Assembly: GCA_040954595.2 (NCBI GenBank)
Contig: CM082587.2
Location: 11,475,403 to 11,539,402 of the forward strand
Source of the DNA: Balanoglossus misakiensis
Taxonomy: Eukaryota > Animalia > Hemichordata
Length of the DNA: 64,000 nucleotides
Direction of reading: 5' to 3'
The stretch's first letter is position 1. Every line of letters begins with the position of its first letter. Under the pieces are notes generated by a model. That model was not told where the DNA came from, searched no databases, and was given only the letters and a program-made list of their open reading frames with translations. The position numbers and the translations under genes were made by a program. Below, piece after piece: positions 1 through 12,105 of this stretch.

Positions 1-219
1 TAGCAGGCTACTCACTTCTGGCGGGTTGCCGTAGTCCTTGGAAAATCGGCTGAAATACGTAAACAGACCAGTGATTATTTTCCACGGAATGAATTTTGGG
101 ATAACACATTATCCGAGTTCAGGCTGTGTTAGGGCGTTTTATTGAATTACGCTGAGTTTGTTAGCTGTTGCCGTTCAAATGTTTCTATCTAGACCTGGCT
201 ACACTGGTGAGGTATTTAA

Positions 220-328
220 GGGTGTCGAAAAGACAAGAGTGAGGGGCCAAAGTGCGGGACACGCACAGTGCAATAAATGGCACTCTGCGGGAATTCACGC
301 ACAATGCAATATATTCGACTCTGCGGGA
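220..328 (+). repeat. left terminal inverted repeat (109 bp)
   Basis: GGGTGTCGAAAAGACAAGAGTG...ACTCTGCGGGA, identical to the reverse complement of 16624-16732. Contains two GCGGGA-n-CGCACANTGCAATA modules. Confidence 0.95.
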
Positions 329-431
329 CTCTTGGCGCCCTCAACGATATGAAATGAAACGTTTAAATAGCGTTACGTCATGCATATAGTTTGGCAGTAC
401 TTCGTTATTATAGATTACATTTCAATAGAGA

Positions 432-3400
432 ATGGATCGCAAACAACGTCGTCGATTTTTTGAATCCCATCCATCGAATGTGCGAAGAAAGAAGCGGCCA
501 CACCAGGAGATCGTTAAAAGCGTAAAGCGCCAACGTTTTGAGTAAGTATATATTAGAGTTGCACTGTTTGTAACACATAGCGTGCAGTATCATGTGATCG
601 TGAAGGAGACAAAGGCCGGTATTAATTTGCCCTTTTCAGGTACGAAAGTCGCTCATTAAATGTCGGACAACAGGCGTTGATAGGTGTCATTAATTTAATT
701 CTTTTAATAGTTTGATTGATTTATCCCGGCGGGGTGATCGTGTCCTCCCTTCCCTCTCAGGGCAAAACTGTATTAACCGCCATCTTGAAAACCGCATTGC
801 ATTGTGGGACGACTGGGGGGAAGTACCTGAAGACCTGTGTTTTCAGCAACTACTATTTTATTTCAAACCAAAAAAATCCTGCCAATGAATACTCTGTAAG
901 GGTAATCAGTCATAGCAGGGGAATTGATCTCTGGCACTCGATCACCAAGACTGGAGACCATAGACTGGAGTTAGGCCTTCTAACTAGGGTTTTAGTTTTA
1001 TTTTTAACAAAGAAAAGCACAAAAAAATGTGATATCAGGATTTAATAGAAGTTGTACACAAACATTTATGTGTTATAAAAATTGAGTCCCAAATTTCAAA
1101 TCAATCAGAGAAAAAAATGATTTAAGACCAAAAACGGCCAAAATTGCCCCAAGAACACAAATATGGAAATTTCACTGATTTTTACAACAGCTTACTTTGG
1201 TTATGTATCCCTACTTTAAATTTGGCATGTTATCAGCAAACACCTGATAGGAAGCCAGGTTTATGGGGGACTTATCTGCCGTGTGTGTACATTACTTGAG
1301 ATAAAAATGGGGGGGGGGGGGGGGAGGTTAGCTGCTGGTAATGTAATGGTTTGTATATCATTTTAGTCAAATATCAATTTCTCTAGCACTGCCTCTCTAA
1401 AATTGCCATCACACATGACACTTTATTGGCCTATTGTTAATTTCTTTTTACATTTCTGTGTTTAAATATGGTTAGGTCAGATCTGCTTTTTTAATTAGTA
1501 TCATATGTGTTGAGTACAATGAAAATTTATTTAGTTATTGATATGCTCTTTCAAAACAATAGATACTTTTTTAGAGGAATCAGTGAACATAAATGTTTAT
1601 ATGTGACCAAGTTTTGTTTGTTTCTCTTCAGAATATCTTCAGTAGTTGGTACAATTGGCAATAACGCAAGGGAAGAATACCTGCATCAGTTACAAGCCCA
1701 GAACAGAAAGTGGGAGCTATCATCTGGCAATACATATGTATTGTCAGATTGTGAAATTGAGACTGGGCAGTTGATATCACAGCACGTTATTGTCAAACGT
1801 AACCTGCGATTTTACAGTGTGCAGAGTACGTCTCAGGAGTTCCTGTATACATGTTCATGTCAGGATGGGTTAATCCAAGCAGCCAGATTATCCTCATCTC
1901 AGCGTGGGATACCAGAAAACTTTGATGAGTTCATCACAACTGAAAAAAATAAATACTGTCTTCATGCCTGGGCAGCAAGTGAACTTTTTCCTGATGTACC
2001 TGTTGAAGTGGACCCCAACTCTGCAGACACATCAGTCATTGTTGATTGCCTGTCATTGAATCCGTTCCTGACTAGTGTTACCATAGGTGAAGACACACAT
2101 ATAATATCTCTGAGGAACAAACATGTTGGTAAAAAACTTACCTGTGAGACCTGCGCATATGGTAGAACCACATGTGACCATGTTGAAGAATACCGAATAT
2201 GGTGTGGACAAAATGAGGTTGAGATTCAAGAAACTGAACGCACTTTGAAAGAAAGTACTTTCCCAAGCGTGTCATTTAAGCCAATCTCATACCCTCTTGA
2301 TGACTCTCTGAAGGTCAAGTTTCAACAACAACAAAGTGGAGAACAGCCTGTACAGCATAATCTAATTCCCGAGATACCAAGTGCTGGCCCCCATTCTACC
2401 TGTCAACATGGACATGCATGGGATGTTGATGACCCTGTACAACAACATTGGCTTGTTGGAGATGCCATTGTGTATTATGAGACACATTCACTTCAGCATG
2501 TTTATGTAGAAGGAGAGGAACAAACTATCAAGGGTAAGTTAACCTTATTTACTGTACCATTGGTTTAAGGTTGCATTGGATCACTGCCATTTTTCCATTA
2601 AAATGTTTGATTGATACAAGACACCGTGAATATTATTCTACATATGGCTATATAGTGAATCACCGTTCGACCACACGCAACTTCCATCCCACTTATCTAA
2701 TGATCTCCTACATGTATTGGTAATTATATTAACATAGTCATTATTTTCCTTGCAGTGTACTATCGTCCAAGTGTTGGTCCATGTATGTGCAGGTTGCATT
2801 ATGATGGGCATGGAGATTTGATGTTTAATCTGAACAACAAGGACATTATTCACTACAGTTTATTACTCTCCTACCTTCATTTGATGGTAGAGTCCAGAAA
2901 TCCGTTGGCATCTTTCCATAGGTAAGTACATATACTTTGTATTTCTAAAAATATAATCATTGACTAGGGAACTTATGTATTTGGTAGCTCAGCAAGGAAA
3001 GATCAATACTGAAATTACCCATTAATACTTGAACGAAGGGGTGGTAAGCAAAATTTTTGTCTAAATATTCTCTAGGGAAGGCTGTTACCCATATAGTCAG
3101 TCATCAAATTTCAAAAGTTCATTGTTGCTTTTACCAGTCCGATAATTGTTTAGACCTGTCACATGCTCAAGAGCGCCATTTTTCCCATGATATAATTTAC
3201 AGGGTGATTAGGAAGCCCACCAAAAACACATTTCTTGATGTACCAGGTTGTATTCTTTTCACCCCCACCCCCCATTAATTTGGGGGCTCTTATCAGAGAA
3301 GGTACAGTATAAAAATGTTACAACAGATAAACATTATAAACTTTCTTTCACTCCTGGCAATCACCTGACATTAATCTTTCTTTCTGTTCTTAAATAGGGC

Positions 3401-5789
3401 CTACTCTGAAAAACATGCTATGTTATCAGAGTCTGTTTCTTTGAAATACCACAAACTTAGGAATGCCTGGAATGCATTTGCAAGGCTATTGGACATAAAT
3501 TATGGCACTGTATACCAATGCCCTATATGTGAGCTGCAGCCTTCTGTTCTGATATGTGATGGTACGAGTGTAGGACTGAACAAACGCCTCTTGCAAGAAC
3601 TTCCAGACCCAGAGAGGGCATCACGTGACCAAGGCCAGCCTTTGGATATTGGTACACGTCACTGTGACCGAGTGTATATACCAAATGCCAAGGTCAGGAA
3701 ACTGTTATTACAGTTTTGTAGTACCAACAAGCCAGCTGAGAAACCACTTACACCCCTTGAGTACACAGTGATGATTAATTTGATGAGAAAGTACAGTCAC
3801 CTCCATTCGCTTATGGAATTTCTCCAACTCGTCAGTGGACACGGAAGAAATCTGCTAGCCCCAAAGGAGTTCTGCCAATTTCTTCAAGATTTGTCAAAAA
3901 ACTCGCCTGCAAGTGCTCTTCTGCAATTGACCCCAGATTCACAGGCTAAACATGTCATCAAGAAAATAATACACGGACTCGATATATTTGACAGCAGACA
4001 TCAAGGGGAACTTGAAATTGTACAGCAAGATGCTCCTCTTATTTTCAAATTGCTGTCACATTTCGGGCACAATCCTCATGGTATCCCAAGAGAAGTGCGT
4101 CGCCTTCTTAGAGATGTGTTGTTACGAGTGAGGAGCTCATACAAAGTATGTAACCAGGGACCTGATAGTACTGTGCAATATCCAGATCCAATAGAAGACC
4201 CTGTAGCTTGCTTCCCTTGCCTACCAAAGCTTCATGGGTAAGGATATCTCACTGTAACTTGAAAGTTAATTGAAGTCTGTCTTAAGCCTCTAGAGCTGCC
4301 ACTTTTTGCATTATTTTCATTACTTTTGTGAATTTTCATTTCCCACTTAGACATACCTTTCTGTATACATGTTTATATGTATTCAAAATGGAAGTTTATG
4401 TACCCATGTGCTATGCATGCCATTGCCATTCTCTTAGTTATCATGCTTTCACTTTTCATTTAATAGGAAACCTCTGTACCGGCAAGACAAAGACAGACTT
4501 GCACATGGTGATGACACTTGCCAAAAGATCTCCAACAAACACCCTACGTTATCACCTGGCATTTTCACTGTGTTCTGTCAACATGGGTTCTGCTATGGCT
4601 TCCAGGCTATGAGGCAAGTGGAGTCACCCGAAGTGCCATTCAACATTATGACAACAAGACTAAGACAACCTCCAGCCATTGTCATATATGACAATGCATG
4701 TCGGCTGCATCAGTACTGTTTAAATCGGTAAGTCTTATTTCAACCTTGATATACTGTTTTGTATGTTAATGTGATTACCACACTTCTGTTAAACTTAAGA
4801 GAAGGGTGGCTAAGCTTTATTTTATGCTCAATTATGCTTGCCCACCCTTGCCTTTAACTCAATTTTTTTTGCGATATGATCCAAGATGGTGGTCTGGCAG
4901 CCACTTTGTTACAATTTTTTCATATTGAGATGTCAGCTTGTCATATGGTTAATTTTGTGTTTTACCCCCCCCCCAAAAAAAAAAAAAAAAAATCAAGAAT
5001 TTGATGAATTGACGTTGCTTACTCCTTTCAGCAAGAATATAAAGATTAGAACTAATGAAGTGATTTTTTGTCTTTCTTCAGAGAACCAAACTATTTCATG
5101 AAGACAGTTTTCTTAGTGGATCGTCTCCATTGGAAAAACCACATTGGGTGAGTATCAGATTAAAAAGCTCAAAAGAATATTTTTCAAATCATCTATGTTT
5201 GGCAATTGCAGAGCTTAGTTGACTGGAACAGCTAAGAAGTATACGACCAGTTAACCACATCATATTTGGAGTCAGTTAGGAGGTAGGAGACAGGGAAAGG
5301 ATTTTGCTCTGATAAAATCAAATTTCACAATGGCAATCACCGATTGGTCAATTCTATTATTCCACTCAGAGACATAACCCGGACTGGTGACATAAACAGG
5401 TTTGCTCAAATTACAACTTCTGACTGGCTCATAAGCTCTGTTAATCAGGTATCTGAAATGTATTCAGGGCATGTGTGTCAATTTTCTAAGGAACGATATC
5501 AATTTGTCTGAAAAAAATTGTTTATGTTTTATACTGTTAAAATTTTCACAGAAGAATCTTCTTTTATATTTTACTGATCAGTTGTTCATCAGGTTATAGC
5601 CTGCAACAGTACAAGGACAACAGAAGTTTGGCCAACATAAATACCCAGATCTGTGAGCAGAGCAATGCAGCATTACAGAAAATTAAGGCACAAGTATCTT
5701 ATATGACCCCAGATAATTTCATCTTCCATGTCAGACTGTTCCTTGCAATCTGGAATCAAAAGAAGAAAAGTCACCTGAACTACTTGTAG
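432..5789 (+). CDS. KDZ (Kyakuja-Dileera-Zisupton / HMGXB3-C-terminus-like) DDE transposase, 7 exons, ~850 aa
   Basis: Exons 432-541, 1632-2533, 2756-2921, 3398-4237, 4467-4727, 5082-5147, 5582-5789. All introns are GT-AG and phase-compatible; total 2553 nt with no internal stop. Basic N-terminus (MDRKQRRRF..RRKKRP). SWIM-like CxC..CxH (YTCSC..YCLH; CETC..CDH). Core motifs CPIC..LICDGTS, TLSPGIFTVFCQHGFCYGF, ESP, IYDNACRLHQYCLNREP, VDRLHWKNHIGC and NTQICEQSN give a complete D-D-E triad. Confidence 0.88.
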
Positions 5790-7749
5790 TTCAAGGTTTT
5801 AAAATAGATAAGTTTGTTTTTCCGATTTTTCTATTTAATTGAACAGAAAGCAATGACTGATATAAAGTATAAGGTCTTTTGTTTGTTCTGAAAACCGCAC
5901 TTTAACTGTCTAGCTCGGACATTTTTTCAAATGAGTTATAGCTGAAACCATCTGGATTTATATTGATTTAGGACCATTCTTGCTTTCATTGTGGTCAACT
6001 TACATTACACAGAATACTATTAATTAATTCTCTGACTGTTTCAGTTGATTGTGTGACTGCAGCATTAGACACTTCAAGAAAACAAAAACTATATTTTTCC
6101 AGATTTATGAACGGTAGACCATCATCACAGTCACTCCCCATGACTGCCGTCATATAAAGTCTGTCTGTTATTTTGTTTCAGTTTTTGAGAAGTACTGACA
6201 AACTGTCCATAATGAAGAGGGCAAATCCATGGATGATGTGTTACACGAGGTAACAAGATGACCCATATTCCCAAAGACATGAGATGCTTGGAATCATGCG
6301 ATTTTATAACTGTGCTGATGAAAACGGTAAAAGATAACTTTAACATGATGCTTTATCATCTGTATCAGTAAAATTCTTGCTGCATGGTTTTACATTGCTG
6401 CTGTGCTGACAAAACAAAACAAGATGCATAAGAGAAAGTGGTGTTTTACAGTTTATTGTATTTGTTACTGACGTGTCGAATTTCCATTTTGTTATCAGAA
6501 TGAGAATGTAGACCAGCCATATACATCTATGGGGAGATGGAATGTATAGGAGGTGTGTTCGCAGGGTACTAAAGAAGAAATTCAGTCATCAGAGGACAAC
6601 TATGGAGGTGTTTTCATGGAAGTTTTTTAGCGTCTCAGAGACGTATGCTCTGCATACACATACCAAACGGCCCTTCTCAGGGCCACCACATCCTTAAAAA
6701 AGAGAACTACCGTACACCGATAAACTTGTTAATAAAGAAGAAATGCACAAATCATTACACAGGCACACATGTATATAAAATTGAATAAAGAAGTACACCA
6801 CACACCCGAGGTGGACTTTAGTGTTATTTTAATATACCGTTCATATTTGTCAAAAACAATCACTACTCAAAGATAACTGTCAAAAACAGCGTCAAGGACA
6901 CTGGTCCCATTTAGGGATTAATCAAGAAAAAGTCTACACTGAAGTACATAGACAGACAGACACACACACACATAGAGAGAGATCAATGGGCAAACACTGA
7001 CCCATAAGCTGCTAATGGCACGTGTACTGTACATACACCAAATAGAACAGCCAAATTCCGAAATACCTACGATTTGATTCCATTACAATTTTAAAGAACC
7101 CCATCCCATTAACTCACAACTTAAATTCTAAAGTACATTTGTAATCAGCCCAACACTTTGAGAAATATAGTTTTTTCAAATCAAAATTGGAAAGTATGCA
7201 CCATAAATACAAGATATTGCCCCCACAAAATATTGACACTTTCATCATAGATTTTGTAAATCATTATGAGAACACACCTGGTAACCTGCAAATCAAATTT
7301 AAAAGCAATGGGGGTAGAGGGTTCTGAGAGTTTGGACCAAAAATGGCAAAAATCACCCCAAAATATACTATTGAATTCTTACCATGATTCAAAAAAAAAA
7401 AAAAATGAAAAACCTCTACACACCCTCAAATGATTTTTGTTATGAATTTGAAAAGTTTTTTTGTAAAAGAAGATTTTGGGAAAAAGATAAAAAATTCACC
7501 AAAATTAGTCATTTTATGATATCACCACAAAAAAATCTATATGATGTCTCAATAAAGTACACACCACTTTGCAAAGCAATCTGACCAATAATTAAGTTAC
7601 CGAGTTTTGACCAAATTCCCATTTTCCCAGCTAAAAAGACAAAATCCCGCAGAATACAACAGATTGATAACTGCGTTTTGAAATGTACATTAATTAACAC
7701 AGAAAGACAAGAATGGGAAAAAGAGTTAAAAGACAATGAAAATATCAAC

Positions 7750-10700
7750 TCATAAGTTGAGTTTTTGACAAATTAAGCCCAAAACTTGTTCTGCATGATC
7801 GATTTGCAGGTTCTTGAACTGTTTTATGTGCTGGTGCATGAACTGGAGAACCACATTCACACTAACTTCTGATGCTTCAAATGCAGTTAATAATCTGTTG
7901 TACTCAGTGGGATTTTGTCTTTTTAGGGCCACTAGATGGAATGGGTTTGTCCGACGCTTTTTTTTTGGAATTGGGCAACTGAGCACCAGGTCAAGAAGGT
8001 CCCCTGATTTCTTCATTTGGTGGAGTTTCTTCAGGGTTGCCAGCTCTTGTTGCAGTTCTTCATCATCTTGAACTTTTCTGGTCTTCCTTCCTGACCGTTG
8101 ACTGCGGCGTGGCGGTAGTGATGCTGGTTGTTGGGTTTGTGCTGCTGGTGGTGATTCTGGCTGTTGGATTTGTGCTGCTGGTGGTGATTCTGGCTGTTGG
8201 ATTTGTGCTGCTGGTGGTGATTCTGGCTGTTGGATTTGTGCTGCTGGTGGTGATTCTGGCTGTTGGATTTGTGCTGCTGGTGGTGATTCTGGCTGTTGGA
8301 TTTGTGCTGCTGGTGGTGATTCTGGCTGTTGGATTTGTGCTGCTGGCTGTTGCTGTGGTAGTGTGTAAGACACTGGTGATAATTCTGCACTTGTGTTGAT
8401 GGAACTGTTGGCTGATGGAGTTGCTGGCTGGGGTGATGGGTGAATGGGATGTGAACCTGAAAAGAAAATGAAATATAGAAGTGTATTGGTTGACATTATT
8501 CAATAGTTTTACTTAAGTCATCAGAACACAGGTAAAACATAAAAATTAAAAACCTATTGACTACATAATGGCTTTTACCCCTTTTTACAGACACATAGCA
8601 AAATTTGGTATTTTTTAACACTGAGGTATCCCTCTCTCAATACAAGAAGTACATGAAACAACCACTGAACAAAGGTTAAACTATAATAATTGTCCTAGTC
8701 ACATTTAAATGACTATGTGTATTCAAATACAAAATCATTAACACCATTATTATTAAATAATTATTATATTATACCGTATATTGATGGTGTAAATCACGCT
8801 ATTTGATTGGTCGAGACACGACACGTGACCGTGATATATTAGCCATATACCACAGTCATATATCATAGTCAAAGAAAATGCCTTTTTAAAATGTTATATG
8901 CAAAGTTTCAATATACTGGCATAATATAATAGCAATAAAACACCCCAGCCATGGTATACCACTCGATTTTGACCAGTTCAACTCCATATACGCACTCGCT
9001 ATCGCTCGTGCGTATATGTCGTGAACTGGTCAAAAATCTCGTGGTATACCATGGCTGGGGGTGTTTTATTGCTTAAGTAATTGCAAAATTCATAATGACA
9101 ATGATAGCAATCAAACTGACCAGAGTGGAACAAACTGCTTGTAACAGGAGAGATAAATACTGAATGGACAGATAAAGAGTGATTGTTTTGATTAAAGGAT
9201 TGTAAGCAAGAAATTCAGTCTGTATCTCTCCAGTTACAACCCGTTTTCCCCTGTTGGTTGGCTTGTTGTTTAAGTATATTTAAGTATATTTAAGTTTGCT
9301 AAGACATATTAAATCACGATCACTCCACCACATGGTCGAGGTTAAACATAGAACTTGGAGAGGTTTCACTGTGATAAAGAAAGTAATACATTGTAATAGG
9401 GATATTTCTTACCAAGATCCTCAAAATTTATTGTACTCAGATCTTGTGTGAGGTAGTGAGGATCTGATTCATGCTGTATGAATGATAGCACTGCTCCAAC
9501 TTCTGTGTTTGTGCCTTTATAGAGAAAAGATGAAAATGACCTTTGTAAATATTGTAGAACTAAATTGGGTAAATGTACACATACACATGACTGAAAATGC
9601 CAAACGTTAAAAACACAAAATCCACACTGACGGCTCAAGAGGTCAGTACACCACGTATCGTCTAGTATTGAAAGTTGTTGTTTAAGTACAGTCTACTTTA
9701 ACGTTTTAGACGATACTAGACTCTAGTATCGATAGTATCGATACTATCGGATATTTTTGAGGTCCGACATAGTCGGGAAGCAGGCAAAGTTGTTGTTAAA
9801 GTGCAGTCTACTTTAACGTTTTAGACGATACTAGACTCTAGTATCGATAGTATCGATACTATCGGATATTTTTGAGGTCCGACATAGTCGGGAAGCAGGC
9901 AAAGTTGTTGTTAAAGTACAGTCTAGTTTAATGTTTTAGACGATACTAGACGATAAATATCCGATATCGTATAAATGTGCAATGTCGCGCTGTCCTCTAT
10001 TTTTGCGCTGTTACTTTTCTCGGAGCACACTCAATATAAAATTGTCACGTATCGTATGGTGCATTCAAATGTATTAGATCCTGAAAATTGCCAGCGGAAT
10101 CATATAAACCTACAAAATGATGTCAGTTGGCTTATACACAGTTCCTCCACAAACATAACTAACATATCGGGAAAATCATAGATAGTAGGGCGACTGCCGC
10201 TTGCTTCCAAGGGGAAAAAACGCAACTCTAAGGTGGTCACGTGACCATAATGCGCATCCTACAGCTAATCCCCTCATTCGCACGTCCGAACAATGGGCGA
10301 TTCCCGACCGTCTTTCTTGAGGGACTGTGGCTTATAAATTTGACATAGGTGAATTCGACACGACAAACCCAAGTCCAAACTCCCGACAGTGTCTCACATG
10401 ACACGTACGATGCATCGCAAACAGCAAAAAAAAAAAAAAACAAAAAAAAACAAGAAAAGCGCAACAAGTGATGATATCGAGGAATTTACTTCGAATTTGA
10501 ATCTGCACGAATAATTTTACTGTATGATGCGAATAGAACAAAAATGTATGTACTGGACCCTGGTGTATGATTTTTACATTTTCTTTTTTACAGTCAAGGC
10601 TAAAAACATTTACCTTGTAGACTATGACTCTTCACGATCTACATTATAGTTGCAATAAAAGACACGCTTACCTATAATAGAATGCCCAGCAATATCGTTT

Positions 10701-11707
10701 TCAGGTTGTGGATATTGGGTTGCACCCTCACCAGTCGGACAATCAGTTGGCCTACTGACTTCATTATTGCCTGAGAAAAATTGGGCAATATCGCTTTCAA
10801 GTTGTGGGTCTCGGGTAACCGCTGCACCCTCACCAGTCGGACAATCAGTAGGCCTACTGTCTTCATCATCGCCTGTGAAAAAGTGAGAACAAGTTTAGTA
10901 AGCCAAAATATTCTCACTGTTTTGCAGAGAAGTACTTACCAAGAGACCAGCTGAACAAAATTAAAAACCACTTTTAACAAAAAAACGTCATTTTCGGTAC
11001 TGTGGTTAATTAAACTTTGTCAGTCGATGTTCGTTTTCAAGGCCTTCATCTCAAAAGAATGTATAGCTCGTGTAAAACGGATGATTTTGTTTATTGCTGA
11101 ATCTATACATTCTCAGGAGTAATGTCTAGCAAACTTTCACCATTCTAATTAAATAACCGTTTAAATGGTACGTACCTGTCAACTCGACCTGTCCATAATA
11201 CTGGTAACATGACTTAGCAACGTCTTTCATGCGCGTGACCCACGAAGACGTTGAAGCAACCACTTTACCGGGCCGACTGGGGTTGCAGTACGGTGTTTCG
11301 GCTGGCCACCATACTGGCTTCATGTCTGGTCTGTCCCACAAAGGTTGGGCACGATTTGTGGTGCATTTTACCAATGCTGGTAAAAGTTCTCTTACATCAT
11401 AGTAAGTGAACGAAGAGAGCTTCTTCTTATGGTGGTTTCTTAGATCTGGCAGTACGCTTTCTGGGGGTTGTTGATCATTATCATCACTAGGATGCGCTGG
11501 TACAGTCAGAAATGTTGAAACGTTTGCTTCAAGGGTTCTGGCAAGTGGCTGGGTGCCATGGATGACAAAAATCCGTTTCTTGGTGACGGGATCGAAAAAC
11601 GTTGCAACAACTGCAGCTTCAATCTGTGTTTTCGTGTGAAATTTGTCAAAGTGTGCAGTCAGTGACTGCCACTGTTGCCTTTGGTACTTCTTTGGGAACT
11701 GCATCAT
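7750..11707 (-). CDS. NRF1/EWG/P3A2-family DNA-binding-domain protein (divergent), 4 exons, ~513 aa, low-complexity Q/P-rich C-terminal half
   Basis: Minus-strand exons 11707-11176, 10872-10672, 9514-9413, 8456-7750, joined by phase-1 GT-AG introns; 1542 nt open. Exon 1 reads KKYQRQQW..EAAVVATF..FVIHGTQPL..LPDL..VRELLPALVKCTTNRAQPLWDRPDMKPVWWPAETPY..SWVTRMKDVAKSCYQYYG. This is collinear with the NRF1 DBD as recalled (KPGWGKESCKPIWWPEDIPW..SWTQALRTIVKNCY). The start codon is tentative. Confidence 0.8.
8124..8351 (-). repeat. coding 33-bp minisatellite (AAQIQQPESPP) x ~6.5
   Basis: Near-perfect unit ctggctgttggatttgtgctgctggtggtgatt in the last exon of the NRF1-like gene. It explains the overlapping repetitive ORFs 8031/8037/8063. 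Confidence 0.95.
8770..9075. mobile_element. small non-autonomous element ending in a ~143-bp hairpin (Crypton-like), in intron 3 of the NRF1-like gene
   Basis: 8931-9073 is a long imperfect palindrome (agcaataaaacaccccagccatggtataccac...gtggtataccatggctggggtgttttattgct) with a cgctatcg apex. Upstream lies gattggtcgag..cacgtgac. The family assignment is by recalled resemblance only. Confidence 0.45.
9671..9952. repeat. 115-bp tandem repeat x ~2.4 rich in short palindromes
   Basis: aaagttgttg restarts at 9671, 9786 and 9901. The unit contains cgatactagactctagtatcg and cgatagtatcgatactatcg. Intronic. Confidence 0.9.
10689..10875 (-). repeat. ~96-bp tandem duplication inside exon 2 of the NRF1-like gene
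   Basis: Two copies encoding SRPTDCPTGEGA..PQ.E.DIA. The inner copy is preceded by an acceptor-like ttttctcag. Confidence 0.85.
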
Positions 11708-11875
11708 GACATAGAGAAGATCGGACAGCCCGGACAAGTGAAAAATAAAAGTCTTTTGTCCGACGGGCAAGTGACCTTTACCCTGTACTAAACGTGCGAG
11801 AACAGGTGTGTTTAACACTAATTGTATGCAAATTGCCGCGTAGAATGGTGTTTTATACCAAAACGCGCTCCCCAC

Positions 11876-12105
11876 TAAAATATCTCACAGAAAAGTTCTA
11901 GGTCGACGCTTCGTGTCTGTTGATGAGCTACAGACGGTCCTCAACGAAATCGAGGCTACCCTAAACGATCGTCCCTCACCCATCTTTCGTCAGATTCCGA
12001 GGATCTTCCACCTTTGACCCCTTATTACATCGCCGTCCTATCACCACATTACCATACTACACCGTTGATGATAGCGAGCTAAATGACCCAACTTTCGGCA
12101 ATAAG
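11876..12105 (+). pseudogene. degraded BEL/Pao integrase fragment
   Basis: Reads RKVLGRRFVSVDELQTVLNEIEATLNDRP / SSDSEDLPPLTP / LHRRPITTLPYYTVDDSELNDPTF with frameshifts. Same integrase region as the ORF at 37021-37938 (FDELATVVTEIEAVLNDRPL..LTP..LHGRTLTSLPY). Confidence 0.8.

Noticed and set aside
8031-8503. His/Gln-rich, Thr/Ser-rich and hydrophobic repeat ORFs (8031, 8063, 8037)
   Set aside because: Alternative frames of the 33-bp minisatellite. Only the 7750 frame fits the splice phase and extends beyond the repeat.
7750-11707. Calling the gene the host NRF1 orthologue
   Set aside because: Too divergent from the normally highly conserved NRF1 DBD, has an unrelated C-terminus, and lies within TIRs; gene symbol left empty.
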